The notes: a model not told the origin generated them from the letters alone. A DNA stretch of 60,734 bases, filler included, from 3 parts of 3 records of this genome joined end to end with filler, not necessarily neighbours in it; one strand, 5' to 3'. Counted from the whole stretch's first letter, positions 25,756 to 39,449 are shown. A program made the numbers and translations.

Positions 25756-27498
25756 TCAAATTACAAAGGAGTCCTTTACACTCGGACGAGAGTTAGAGTG
25801 GCACGATGCACAAGTCACCTGCTCCTCGTAGCGTTTGCACACTTGTGCCCAGCCATTCTCTACGGGACCACCCTGAGAGCATCTCTCAGAATGACTGCCG
25901 AGGCTCAGTAGGGGTATGACAATCCCACTGTCGGCCAAAGCGGCCTTGGTCTCCTCGGTAAGATGGTGGACATACCACATGACCGCCTCGTGACAGTGCC
26001 CATCTCTCTGTATGTTGTGCAACACGGAGGAGTCTTCATGGGATTCAACCAGACGATTCAGTTCACTCCAACCCTCATATAAATCATGGAGGTCTTTCCT
26101 CAATCGACGATTATCATTGGTGAGCTGTCAATGGACGATCAGGACACCTAACACCATTGCAAGAACGAAGACTATCACTTACCTGGTAGATGTCATCTAG
26201 TGATGACTCCCGAGCGATGTAGAGGAGGGCCTGCAGCTGCTGGATTTCTGGGGCACTCCACTCGTCACATCGCTTGGTCATCGCTGCCCCTTCCTGGATC
26301 CACTTGTTAAGAGTACGTGACATGCTTTCAAAGTCCGCTCCCTTGTAATGTTCCCGTGGAATCTTTGTGCGAGCCCTTTGCCATTCCATTTGTGTCTCAG
26401 TCTCGTCTGTCAGAACACCTCGCAATGAATTCTCGTCCTTCTGTATTCAAGAATGAGCTACTTCATTTCATTACTGCATGCGCTGCAACAAACCTTAGCA
26501 GTTTTCTTGGGATACCCGTCATCCGTGCATCCAATGCGGAATGCCGCCCCTCCCTTCTTGCACAGGGCTGGTGGAATGTCATCGAACAGACTCTCATCCA
26601 CTGCACCGGGATTTGTGCCATCTTTGAAAACCTGGAGTCCATTGAAAGGCTGATACATACGAACAATCTTGCCATCTTTTGGGGTGGACCACACGTGATG
26701 AGGCCCGAATGCCCAATGGTCAAGAATCATTTCTTTCTCCGAACTCCATTCCACACCGATCTTTTCTCTACCAATGTAAAAGAGTTGATCGGTCCAGTTT
26801 TTCTGGATGGGATACATCGATTCCTTCGTCAAATCCGCGCCTTCGTGAACCTGTGTTGACGTGTCAGCCTATCAATTACCATTACATGGTGATCCAGCTC
26901 CACCTCAGTGCAGACACATTGGTGAACACCTGCGGCATACCAAGGAAACTTGTTAACAACCCAAAAATTCAAGTCCTGGCAGGGAGTTAGATTTTAGCTC
27001 ATATCCTATGACAAGACATACCTGGTGGATGACAGTCGTCTGGACCTTGCCTACCACAGTTTTGAGAGTCAGGTCCTCGCGCAGTGCAAAGTTCTTCTCC
27101 ATGTCGTAAATCTGTTTGCCGTATTGCTCACGGTAGCACATGGCACCAACAGAGTCATTTCCCGGAAATGCTTGGAAGCAAAAAGGGTCCGTCTTCTTGC
27201 CGATGAGAATCTCGTGATAGTCATCGGCAGTCCACCTCGTACCCCAGACTGGTTTCACGAGTGTGCTAGGATCCACGCCCGTGGCGTTGGACAGCACTTG
27301 GCAACTAGTGATGGTGATTTTGTTGTTATCATCGCCAGTGGGAATGCCTCCAATTCCTTCGCACGGTCCGCAGGGAGGGCTGTAGTCCGTGTGGTCGCAC
27401 CTTCTCTTGCGGTCCCATTGGTGCGGGTTTCCATCCGCTTGGGTATACACGTGGGCAGCCAGCAAAAGGAAAACAAGGCCTACTCCAAAGTATTTCAT
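25756..27498 (-). CDS. Uncharacterised secreted Cys-rich protein, possibly with an ependymin-like domain and a His-rich C-terminal domain ending in CxxCH; multi-exon
   Basis: Signal peptide MKYFGVGLVFLLLAAHVYTQA. Clean GT-AG splicing joins the ORFs at 26953-27585, 26458-26832, 26114-26425 and 25756-26103. Motifs CGPCEGIGG, DHWAFGPHHVW, FDDIPPALC, RDGHCHEAVMWYVHHL, TCASCH. Confidence 0.75.
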
Positions 27499-27879
27499 CT
27501 CGCGATCTCTTGGTCGTCTAACCTGTTTAATTGCTTTAAAGTGTACTTTTATTCTATTCTGTTGTCTCAGTCTAAGCCGGATCACTGGAGTTTGGCCTTG
27601 GTTAGACGCTCTATTGGATCTGCTTAGAGTAACCTGTAAGGCAAAGAATACTGATACGTACTCTCTACTAGAGCATGGCAGGTGAGCCGCCAGGCGGCTT
27701 CAGTGTCGTTTCGGAGTTTCAACAGAAGGTTGATACTGAAAAACTACATGGAGAGCAGGGTTTGATGAGGTAGAATGGGCATCGGAACATCCGGAAGGCC
27801 TGGTCCTATGAGGAGGCCACAGACTGGTCTCGACGTACATACTGTGTACTGTGGCTGTCGATCTTGCTGTTTCGTGAGG

Positions 27880-28280
27880 GAACTTCCGGACCGGTACCCG
27901 CCACCAGCCCGCGGGGACTCTCAGGCTAGCGGATGATTACAGTCACGTGCCCGAAAAATGAATCCTCCGACCGAAAAAATCCCCGGAATTTGTCTTGATG
28001 AGTATAAATCGCAATATATCGGATATAAGTATTCCAGCACTTGTAACGGCTGCGACGCTGCCTGGCGGCCGGCATGGCGCCATGCTGGAGTGGTAGATGG
28101 ACGCCCGAGTGGCCGGCGTCGTGCCCGGCCGGGCGGGGGGGGGATCGGTGGGCTGGCCCGCCCCGCGCGGCGGCCGGCGGCCCGGCTGCTTCGCTGCGGG
28201 ATAATAACGCACGCCGTGGCCCGATGATGACCGGGTAGTTTCCGAACTTAGGGTTGCCTGCGCCACGCCCGGTTCCAGCG
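27880..28280. promoter_or_regulatory. GC-rich island between the divergent secreted-protein and LRR genes
   Basis: CCGG-rich tract with a G9 run at 28135-28143, between head-to-head genes. Confidence 0.5.
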
Positions 28281-28343
28281 CTCACTCGCTGTTCAAATAA
28301 AGAGATTTCCATGTGAAAGTTACTAAGTTCTCTTGAGTGAGAA

Positions 28344-29627
28344 ATGTCTATTGAAGAAGATCCCCAAGAAGATGGCTCAGGTGCTAAACAAGACGTCGCA
28401 TCAGCAGAGAATAGCAACGGGACGCAGGATGCTCCTGTCGTTGAAACTGCGGATGGAACTGGTGGATCTCTTGTGGGAGTCGAGGAGCCCAATACGCCAG
28501 AAGTTACTGGAGAGGAGATCGTAGGGTTAGACAGAGAGGATGCACAAGATCAAGCTGTATCAGCACCCGCTGTAGCAGAGGAAGCACTTGACGCAGAGCA
28601 AGCCGCAGTTGGAGATACTGGCGTAGGAGAGATCGATCAAGAACTAGGGAAGGAGGAGACTGCACCCATGTCTGCCTGTCCCGAGTGTGAAACACCGTTT
28701 GACGAAGACGGAAAGCAGATGTGCGATTGTGAAATCCAAAAGCCTGAAAATGAGGCGGCAGAACCCCAAGAAGAGGAGATAGTGGAGCAGTATGATCCTC
28801 TCAATGGAGCTCCTATGCGGCTCTCAGACATGGGTCCCGACTTGATCGCATTAGAGGCTCCTTCAGATATTATTAAGGAAATGATTGCCAAACCCATGGA
28901 TATTCCGGATGCTGCCGCAAAGAACAGGACAAACTCTAATGCAACTGCATCCAGCAATCCATCTTTTCGTCAAGAGTCAAAGGGTGGCCTTGTACCTCCA
29001 CAACCTGAAAAAAAGTATTACATCAGCCAAACGGCACTGTACAAACACAACTGCAATCTATTGAAAGTTAAGTACAACTCGCGGGTTCTGTCTCTGGTGA
29101 GTGATGTCACGTGGTGCTGCAACTTGTTGCTGACGCTATAATAGCTTTCATCCTCTATTGAGCCAGTTCGTGGCGTACCAGAGTACAACTTTGAGCGGGT
29201 ATATTTGGGGGACAAAGGTTTACTAGCCTTGATTGCACCATTGGAACTAAATCGGAACTTTTCGACACTTCGTTTGAAGGGCAATGGCATCCACAACAGG
29301 GGGATTGTTAAGCTCGCTGACATGCTCTTGGATCATGCAGCATTGACTAGACTTGATGTCAGCGACAACTTCATTTCCGATGAAGGGGCTAAGGCTTTGT
29401 TGAAACTCGTGCAGCGAAACAAGAATCTCGTAGAACTTGACTATCAGAATAAGTTTTCCCCTGATGTGAAGCTGTATAAGAGCATTAGCTCTATTGTGAG
29501 CAAGAATCAAGCCCAGTGGAAAGAGATGCTCGGTATGAAGTCTGAGACTATGGAAAAACAAATGAGGAGGAAGAAGAGTGTGCGTCGGGCAACCGTTGAC
29601 AAAATGGAGGTTTCATCTAGCAAGTAG
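28344..29627 (+). CDS. Ribonuclease-inhibitor-type LRR protein with a long acidic N-terminus (one intron near 29097-29144)
   Basis: YLGDKGLLALIAPL..LRLKGNGIHNRG..LDVSDNFISDEGAKALL, preceded by YKHNCNLLKVKYNS; Glu/Asp-rich N-terminus. Confidence 0.75.
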
Positions 29628-29697
29628 GTGGCATTAATCGTTCAATGAGTCTCGAAGCATCAAGAAAGCACATCGATCTGTCGTGTAGTGCGTGCCT

Positions 29698-32600
29698 TTA
29701 TGATGAAAAAAGTTCCTCAAGCTCATGTGTGGTCATGACCATCCGCTCATCCGGATATGACCGAATAACTATGTCCTCCCAATGACTGTATGTGTCAATA
29801 AAGTGCTTCTCGAGGATGGGCCACACCTCGGGCAAAAGGTTCATTTCATCGTCAAGGTGTTTCTGCATTTTCTTGAAGCAGATGCCGAGATTCCTCTCCA
29901 CACTTGCAAGTTCGGACTTCAGCAAACGGCGTAGATTCGCTTTAGAATATGAGTGATGAAACTGAATCTCATTCGAAGGTATAGTTTCTAGAGCCCGGTC
30001 AACACCCTCAAAGAAATCCTGCCGAAAAAAATCAGAAACCAGTAAGCAGAAAAAGCGGACAGGACTCACAAAAGACTGGCCAAAGAATCGCTTCAAAAGC
30101 TGCAATACATATGTCTTCACATGGACTTCATATCCTTCCTCTGCGTCTTTCACATACTCGGCGAGCTTTGCTTCATCCAATTCTGCCAAGTTATAGTGGA
30201 AATGATGATAATTTTCTGCAAAACATATATCAGTATATGGGCGCGTGTATCTGGAACTCTCGCATACGAAGGTTAATGAGGCACCCATGTTTGACAAAGT
30301 TATCCTTAATTCTTTTCAAGTAGCTGAACATCGCGCTGACAAAACGGTGGTATGTGTGATCGGCGACACTGCGGAGTTTCTTTCCTGTCAGCGCCAGTTC
30401 CATCCTTGCCGCAAGTTCCGGGAACTTTTGAAAGCATATCAACACGCCGCAGCGTTGGGTCGGCACTTTCTGTTCATTGATTCTCTGGATCTGTTCATCA
30501 ACAAACGCAGTAAAATTCTTGGTGAGATTTTGACGGTTAGACAAAAGAAGACTCATGACGTATTTCCCCTAAAGACAAGGGTCACTCAAAGCACATGGAC
30601 GATGCGCTGAAATCGAATGTACCTGTCCCTTATGGTCGTTCATTAGTTGCTCTGTGTCTGCGAGCATACCAAGAGTAAAGAATGGGTCGATCTTGACTGA
30701 TGCATCAATAAGCTTTTCAAATTCGCCTTGGAATTGCCCAAACAACTTATTCAATATGGCATGCATGGTGACACGCTGTCCTCCATCGTCACTATCTTCA
30801 TCTGCAGACACACGATAGTAAGCACAGACCAATACGCAATTTGCGTCCTCCTTGCCTTCCATGTTGAATATCGTCATACAGAACTCTCGAACTCCTAAAA
30901 TCGACGATATTACCTCCCGCATTATGTACAAATACGCCTTGTCGATTTTCTTGTCACTAAAACCGGATGATTGTTGACCTAGAGCCATTTGGATCTGTGC
31001 AGGATCCAGCCGCGCACTGCGTGTGGCAGCCGCTCTGCAAGGAGATAAGTTCAGGTGATGCCATCAGGGCACCAAGCAATAGCCATACCTTCCCTCCCGA
31101 CCACTACGAGCGCTGGCTGCGTCTGTTGGTTGCAGCTGTGAGTTCATCATACGAGCCATTTTCAAAGCAGCAAATGCTGCTCCAGAGTTCTCAAGTCCTT
31201 TCTCATCTGTCATGTCGAAAGTGGATACCATTGAGAAATTGTCACTGATGCACTCCCTCATCATTTGAATGAAGCGAATGCGCGCTTGCTTAAACTTCAG
31301 GCGAATACTTAGAACATACGTTTCGACAAGGGTATCAAATCTCTTCACGTCCACCTCTTTGATCGCAATTAAGACATCCTTGAATGGCTTCGCCTTTGCC
31401 ATCATATCATCTTGCCGAGGAAGCACCGGATCACCCATACTTTCATCTTCAATATCCCCTGGTTGAAAAATTGTGTTCTTCGTGAACGCAATAACTCTCA
31501 TGGCGAAATTCGGGCCATGTCGACACAGCTCTTCGTATCTGGACTTCACCACTCCCATCTGCCGCATCTCAGAATCCATTTCTTCAAATCTCCCTATGGA
31601 CTTTTGCAGAGCCTCCACTGACGCCAATGCGGCATCCCGCCCGTCAACTGTTGATAGATCCGCCTGTTGCAGATTAGTGACATCTTCCTTACTAATAAAT
31701 TCTCCTGTCTGGACTCCCAATTAATGCACTCGAAACACAATTCCCGATTCTCTTGCTTACCACCAAACCATTGAGCTCCTTAAGAAGCAGCACATAATTT
31801 TTCTGCCTTGTCTCCAGCTTATCATTCTTGACCTGGATTCTTTGTAAATCCTTTTGAAGTTGCTATTCCGACAAGGTCTATTAGTCTTGTAGTTCAACTA
31901 AAATAAGCGAAACTCACCTGAAACTTGCCCGTGAATTGGTCAAGCTGACTTGACAGGTCATTCAGAGTTCCAGGCAGATCCTTCAGTTGTTTCACTATCC
32001 TTCCCATGGTATCTGCCGACTGAAGGGTTGTATGAACATTTGCTCGTTCTAAAGCTCTCATGTTATCCTCCAACTTGTCCTGAAATTCATGCGCATTGGA
32101 TTCGCCAAGCTTGAGCCGTGTCATTAGATCGTCCATTTCCTTCTCCTCAGATTCAGACAAGAGGCTCAGTGCAAGACCACCGTCGCCAGCAGGCGTGCCA
32201 GGGGTCATAGGTATCAATTCTCCTCTCGGAGTTATAGTCTCCAAGCCATGGGGCCCACCATCGGGGGTTTTGGGCTGCATGAGTACACCTTCATACTGTC
32301 CCTGAAAGTTATATGTATCCGCTGGTTCGAAAAAAATCGTCAGCTACTTCGATAGCTATGGAAAGTGGCAACATACAAGCAAAAGATAGCTCCGCCAGAT
32401 CTATTTTTTGGGTCTTAGGCATGAAGCCGTACTTAATTCGACATATCTGCACGCTAGTCAGCCCAGTCGCGGTACACCCTGCAGTCACTAGTATACCGCG
32501 AGCAGGAGCCATATCAGTTCCATTTTGTCCACAGAGTTATCTGCAGCCCACTTTTGTTGTCCCTTGTCCTCAAACACCAGCGCAAAGAAGTCCTCTTGAT

Positions 32601-32994
32601 CGCGGGAACCACCATCTATTGCCCTAAGGTTTCCAACCTTCACTGTTGTTGGGTGAAAAACTTGCTGATTGGTGGCGTCTGGCTTCAGCTTGTGTAAGGA
32701 AAACCTGCCATTGTTGTCCACTAGAGTTGGAAAAAGTAAGTCCTCAAGTTCGGATACACAGAAGCGTCTGAATACCTGTCACACATATTAAGCGCCTGCT
32801 TTTCCCTCGTTTCATAGTCCTAGTAGCTCCTTGCATTAAGTTTTTGTCGATTTTGCGTGCGGGCATGACCTAGACGCCGTCAATTTCCGCTACAAAGAGT
32901 CACAGTGCCTTACCAAAATAACGCGTTCATTGTACTTGGGAAAAAGCTGTTTCTGTATTTTTTCCCGCAACTGGGGAGTGTTGCTCGTTTGCAT
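29698..32994 (-). CDS. EXOC1: Exocyst complex component Sec3, multi-exon
   Basis: N-terminal PH-like region (FSLHKLK..FALVFED..KWAA), LERANVHTTL coiled coil, and C-terminal FVDEQIQRI..GVL..F, ENYHHF, FFEGVD..EIQFHHSYSKANLRRLL, KKMQKHL..LLPEVW..YPD match Sec3. Confidence 0.85.
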
Positions 32995-33099
32995 CGCACC
33001 TGTTGGATATAACCTTACTCTCAAGGCCTTCAAGCTGTGTTAGTGACACCGAAACCCCAATATTTCAGTGAACAGTGTCGTCTAGAGTAGTGTGTGCTT

Positions 33100-34290
33100 C
33101 TTGTACGCGAGCCGCGTCGCCTGGATACTTGCACAGCTGCGAGTGGCGCTTTCTTCTTCAACTGCGTCGTCTCCGATTGTGGGCCCGCTTTGGGCCCGGC
33201 CTCGCGGGGGCAGTGCCGGATCAGTCCCTCCTTCGTCGTGGCCGGTGTTTGGGGCTCTCCGGCAGGCCGCCACTCACGGAGCAGTGACCGGCTGTGTACC
33301 AGCCACACGGCATCATTAGGGGGGCGCGCCGGCCGGGCTCAGCTGTCAACACTGACACTGACAGGGTCCGGCCGCCGCCCGCGCCACTCAGCGGCCGCGC
33401 AGGCGCCCGCTGCGGTCGGTGCGTCGTCCTCCGTGCCGGTGCAACGCCGGCGACTGCAGCCCGGCCGGCCCAGGCTAAGCCAGCCATGCCTCCGAGTCCC
33501 GGGGGTCAGGGTCGTACCGGCGGGTACCCGTCGGGCCCTGGCTGCAGGGGACCGGCTGCCCGGCGGGTCTGGCCGCCTGCAGGCCGGCAGCCGGGGCCGG
33601 GGCCTTGAGGACACTGTGTGACGTCACTGGCGGTGAGGGCCCTCACGACATCCTATCACCCCATTTGGGGGTCTTTTTGTACTGGGTATTTGGTGGCGTC
33701 CCGTCCCGGGTGACCACTGCCGGGCCCGGCGGCCGGCTCCCGATGATCGACAAGCCGGGCCGCGGCCGGCGGGCCCGCCCCGGGCCGTGCCGCCCCCCCG
33801 GGTCGTGGCGGGACATCCGAATGCGCGTGCCCGGCGGTGAGTGCCAATCATGAGTGGAGCCCGGCCCAGTGGGCACCACCGGCACTCCTCAACGCGGCCT
33901 CGCTGCGCCGCAGTACGGCGCTGCTCAGCAGCGGCAGAGCCGGTCAGAGTCTTGCCCCGCGGCCCTTCGCGCTCAGCGCGTTTCGCGCGTGGGCGCGCGC
34001 TCCTCCACGCCGGCCCCGGGAGGCGAGCCGCGGCGCCGGCGCGCGGCCGGCGCTCCGCGCGCCCTGCCAGTGGCCGTCAGTCCTTCCCTGCGCCGGCTGG
34101 GTGAGCAGGCTCCAGGGGAGCCGGACCGGGCACGGCGCTGAGTGCCCCGGCCGGGTCCGGCCCGGCCCCAGCCGCCGCGCAGGACGACGCACCTATGTCC
34201 GGAATCGCCGCGGGTGGTACGCCGGCGGCTAGGGCACACCTCACCAGTAACGTGAGCGGCAAGCCTCCTGTTCCGAAGTCACCAGGAGCG
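33100..34290. promoter_or_regulatory. GC-rich island between the divergent Sec3 and LamG genes
   Basis: About 1.2 kb of CCGG/GGCC-rich DNA; palindrome GTGACGTCAC at 33618-33627. Confidence 0.55.
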
Positions 34291-34338
34291 CGTATCAATA
34301 TCGCCGTTGAGATTAAATGGCCTTGTTTGGTAGCCGAC

Positions 34339-37300
34339 ATGGGACAGACCAAGAGCTCTGAAACAAAGCTTGCTAGCGAGAGTCAGCGATGGAAGGACCC
34401 GTCCATTCTAAGCTGTTATTTTGATGGACACCCTGGGTCATACTTGACGCGAGAACATGCACAACTCGCACGTCCTACCGAGGATGGGTATGCTGTTGCT
34501 GGTTGGGTGTTTATTCCACAGACAGCGCGAGAGCGTGGTCAAAAAGGACCTGGACTTTTCCACGGTTTGCTTGGTAAAGTGGACCAAGTATGTTTTCCCA
34601 CTCTGTCTTGATGGTAGAATAACGGATGAACGCAGTTTGGAGTGTATTTATCACCCTCAAGGACCGATGGTTACGACGAGGACCATCTTACTATATTCAC
34701 CAAGACGCAGGATGCTGTGGATTCGCTACCAGTTGATAGGGTGGATCCAGAAGGTGTAGAGATTGCTAGCGCTGAAGTGTACGCTCATGTACTCCTTTCT
34801 TTTCACAGTGGTAACATGTTTATGCAGATTTGACGGGTACTTTGAGATTTCGACGCTTGAGAAAGTTCCTATAGGAGAATGGTTCCATCTTTGTGTTTCG
34901 TACGATTTTTTGGGCCGGTCAGATAACTTATATGGCTTTAAGAGCGAACGGTTGGACTCTGAATGCCCCTCTATATCTGTATACATCAACGGCGAAATCG
35001 ACGTAGTATGCGATTTGCCTGGACAATTGTCGCTCAGCAAAGGGGATTTCCTGATTGGCTCAGCACCCACTGGTCTTTCCTTCAAGGGGCTTGTTGGGAA
35101 CATGATGTTTCTTAGCGAACCTATATCAGACAGTCGCGCCTTGGTATAGTGTATGGTTCCATATGTCGCATCAATGGTTGACGCACGCTTTTAGGAAATG
35201 GCAAGATGGTGCCCCATGCCCCGCCCCGTACAAGGAGAACCTGCTGCGAACGTGGTACTACTCGGGAACCGCGAGCGCCGGCCGGCATCACTCCAGCCGT
35301 CGAGGAAGATTGCCCCCACTGATCCTAATCAGCACAGTGTGCGTAGACAAACAATTGGTCCCGACGCGGGTATGCCCATTGTCGACCAAGCGAGCACCTC
35401 GAGTCAGCAGCCCTCCAGTCTCCCCACCATCCCAAAAATCCCTCCAGTGTATGCTTCCATCGTTGTCGCAATGCAGTGCGTTGTTGCCAAATACTCATCG
35501 TCATCAGCGTTTGACAAAGATGCAAGTCATCCGGTCGCTAAGACAGAGTGGAAGGTGGCATCCCGCTATGTAGCTGCTTACTACAAGTTTGTGATTGGGA
35601 AAAAGGGGGTTTGGAAAGGACTGCTCGCGTCAATTCAGGAAATTGGTGACCTCGTGAGTTTTGATAGGAAGTGATTCGATTTCTTCAAACTTATTGATAT
35701 CACCAGGAGGAAAGGGCAACATCATACCTACATGATATTGCTGAGGAGTTGAAGCTCTTTAAAGCTGTGAAGATAAGCAAGCATATGGAGAAGAGCTTGG
35801 TATGGGATGGCATTGTATCCATGTGTATTCTTTGGGAATGACACTTTCTCTGCAGGAGAGTCTAAGCCAGTGGAAAGAAAAGTTCCTGAAGTCTTCCGTT
35901 GAGATTGTCCAGTTGACAAAAGAGTATGGCGAGTCAGTGAATGATGTGCCAAATGGTGTCCGTCGTCAGCTATACGCTATTGGAGCGATCGGTGAGCCCA
36001 ATATATAATTCAAATATGCTACCATGGTGCTAAGGTACTGGCTTAGATGATATTCGCTGGTTCTGGCGAACTACGATAGATGCTATTGACTCAGAGGAGT
36101 TTCCTCATATCAAAGACTTGACGGCTTCTGTACGGCATTCCACGTCCAAGGTACGTACGCACTTGGCGGCGATTTCGAGGGCCCTAATCACGCATGCTCA
36201 TCAGGATGAGTGGAATGTATTGTTAGAAATCGTAAGGAACAACACGTCACCCGACACTCTTGAAAAGTTGGTGGCCAAAGCCAACCTGGAGAGACCACCC
36301 ACGTACTTTCGCGGCTCACAGAAGTGCGTTTTATCGATCCCATTGCGATCGAATGGCTGACGTATCAATTTGTCCCGCAGGTCTCTCACCGAGAAGAGGA
36401 CTACCCTGGAATCCCCACTTCGTGGCGGTGTTAGCGACGAACAGCGCGAAGAAATCTTGAGGAGGGCCTCAGAAATACTTGCGGCGCGGAAAGAATCTGA
36501 AAGTAGGGCGCTGGATCAGAAGAACGAAGAGGAGAAGAAACAACGTTCTAATGAGGGAACCGGAGCTGCTATGCATGGTTCTGATGGTGCCATTCTAATG
36601 GGCGGAGCTAGTGTAGCACGGAAGGGCATTGAGTCGGAGGCCCAGGAAGTCCTTGGTGCTGGAACAGGTACAAATTTCACAGGGCTGCAAGGGGAGAATG
36701 GCAACCTGAATAGAGCAGAAGATAGCGCGGTAGGCGACGGAGATAAGACATCCCGCGCCGAGGACGCGCCCATCGTTAAATCCGATGATGGGAAGAAGGG
36801 AAAGAAAAAAGCTGATTCGAAAAAAGAAAGGAGTTCCAAGGTATGGTGTTCTCATATACCCCAGACCCGAAACTGACATACCCTTCTTTAGCGTCAAAGC
36901 CTTCAGTCCCCACTCCGTGCTCAGGTTCCTGACGAAGTTCGCCAAAAGCATCGGGAAATGTTGAATTCGATAGTGAAGGAAAGGGAGGAAAGGGCTGCGA
37001 AAGAAAAGGCCGCACAGGTACGAGGGGAATACTTTCCGAGAGACCCAATGTGTCTGACGTATTCTTAGCTTGGGGTTAAATTGGCGGACCAAGGCACAGC
37101 GGAATCAAGTGTAGATGGGGCTTCGCCAAAGAACGACAAGATAGAGGATGACTCCGCAGCTCTCTATTATCGCGTTGGTGACTACGAGGGAGGACCTCTT
37201 TGGGACTACACGTGGCAGTCTCCCACATCCGGCGATATCCTGGTGGAGTTTGAGGCGAGGTGTGCTCACAGCGCAGTTATATATTTGAATGCCTTCCCTT

Positions 37301-37794
37301 CTATAGCTGGTGCCATCCGCATTGTGTTAGGAGGTGCCAAGAAAGTGGGTGGCTGCGACGTTCAGTACTGGAGTGTGGCTATCATGCCAGATGAAGCCAA
37401 CAACGCTTCAGGCAGCGGCAGCGAGGATCAAAGCAACCCGCGGTTGATATGGGATCAACCTACCGTGGTGGCGGAATTGCAGAGCACTGCCAATGCTAGA
37501 CGGGCGGAAGTGGAAATTGGAAACCCACTGGCTTTCTATGTGTACTGGATACAGCTTCACCAAGGTCTTTTGCGCGTGGGCAGAGGAGGGATGGGTCTAG
37601 AGAAAATAACTGTTCTAGAGGTCCCTTGCGACCTCAGGGCTACAGTCTGTGGATTCAGTTCTGGAAGTGACAGCACAGAACTGCGGAACATCCACATATC
37701 CGACTCAGCAGATAGAAAACTGGAGGCTACCCAAGTGGGCTGGTTGCTTCAGGATGACCTAATCAATGCGGCCATCTGTAAGTGTGCTCCATGA
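34339..37794 (+). CDS. Uncharacterised multidomain protein: LamG/concanavalin-A-like N-terminal domain and C-terminal farnesoic-acid O-methyltransferase-like domain; multi-exon
   Basis: LamG-like AGWVFIP..GEWFHLCVSYD..ISVYINGE..FLIG..FKGLVGNMMF. FAMeT-like FEARCAHSAVIYL..IRIVLGG..FYVYWIQLHQGLLRVGRGG..GFSS. The last exon is uncertain (possible donor gtaagt near 37778). Confidence 0.6.
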
Positions 37795-37866
37795 AGCTTG
37801 AATACATCATCCGGGATGCTATATAACAAGTGTAGTGTTTTGACCAAAAACCACATTGAAATACGT

Positions 37867-39449
37867 TTACTTCCTGGAAGTGCCAGCACCATCCAAATTG
37901 TCTAACATGGCCACATTAAGTTTGCGCGGTGTCATAAATGCCGTGACAATTTCATCGGTAACGTTCTTCCTTGCCTGACAATGTTGTGAGCCACTTTTGC
38001 TCCAATCCACACTACCTATATGCCTACCTGCTGGTGTGTGGTCACAATATCCGTTAGAACCTTGATCAACTCCGCCTTAACCTCCCCTGTCAGCATGCGT
38101 CCTGCAGCATAATCTTCCCCAATTTTCTTAACCCGCTCTTCTTCGAAACAGAAGGTTTTCAAGTACTGATAGGAGACATCCACGTCAATATTTGCTCCCT
38201 TGGCCCGCTGCTCCTCAAGAGTCTGCTGACCACCCGAAAAGGCGTACTTATTGATCTGCATCAAATTGTGTAAGGTCCCTTCCTTCTTTTGTTAAAACAC
38301 GCAATCATCAACCTTGTCCTTAATCATCTTAGGAGTATCAGTGAGATAAATGCAACTAGAAGTGGAGCTAGCGCTCATCTTAGTGTTGAAGCCTTGGAAG
38401 AAAACGTTAGCTCATGTCAACCACATCGCTGTCATATCTCCACCTTGCAGAGCTGGGAAAAATTTCGAATGAATGAGTGAAGGCTTCAGGTAACCGAGCT
38501 TTGGAGCACAATCACGAGTCATCCGGAAGTAGGGGTCCTGCGTGGACGCATTAGCTACACATCAGTCGCATAGTAGCGTGGCATCCAAACCTGGTCAATA
38601 GCGCAGGGAATCAAGCACTGGATATCCGTCCGATTTCCAAAGATATGAGGAAACGTGGTCGAGAAAGACGGAGCAGCTGGCATGCAACATCAGGTTATTG
38701 CATAGAACTGCGAATAACAGTGCGCATACCTTGGATGGCAGGGAAGGCGAACTTTCCGACGTTCTGGCTGTTGTCAAAGCCAAAGATACCCTTAATCTGG
38801 CTCAAAGTGAGAGTCTTCTGAATTCTAACAGTGTTAGGATACAAATATCTGCGAAAAACTAGTCATTAGAACTCAATCAATTATGTAAGCTGTTCTCGTA
38901 CTTCATGTATTCCACATCAGAAAAAATGAAAGTCTTCGTAATATCAAAGCCGCACGCGATGATGTCTTTGACGTTCTCAAAGCCCATGCGGTAAGCTTGG
39001 TCAAGGGTCATATCCTTGAACAAGAACTTTTCATCTTCGGTGATCTGAATTACCAGAGGAACGTCAAACGTATCCTGAAGCCACTTTGTGAAAAAGAAAG
39101 GAATCAAGTGACCCAGGTGCATGCTCTCAGAGCTAGGCCCTCGTCCGGTGTACAGATAGAAGGGCTTTCCCTTCTCGTACATAGACAAAACCTGCTCCAA
39201 CTCGCGATGAGAGAAAAACAGCCCTGTCTTCAACCATGGATGGGGGGGTTTCCCAGTAGCTTTCTCCATGCGTGCCAACAGCTCAGGAGTGATAAGACTG
39301 CACCCGAAGTCACGCACAAGCTTATCATAGTCTATGCCCTCGTCTCCAGCCTCCACGTCCCAAGGGGTAACAGTTTGTTCCACTTCAACATCGGTCTTCA
39401 CTTCGATCTTGACTCCCTCCAGGGAAGTCGCCACGTCGTTCACGCTCAT
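37867..39449 (-). CDS. WARS: Cytosolic tryptophanyl-tRNA synthetase, multi-exon
   Basis: [85 protein letters not shown]. Confidence 0.97.

Noticed and set aside
33030-34352. Many overlapping Arg/Pro/Gly/Ala-rich ORFs here and in the other GC islands
   Set aside because: Expected from stop-codon scarcity in very GC-rich DNA; no domain motifs or consistent splicing.
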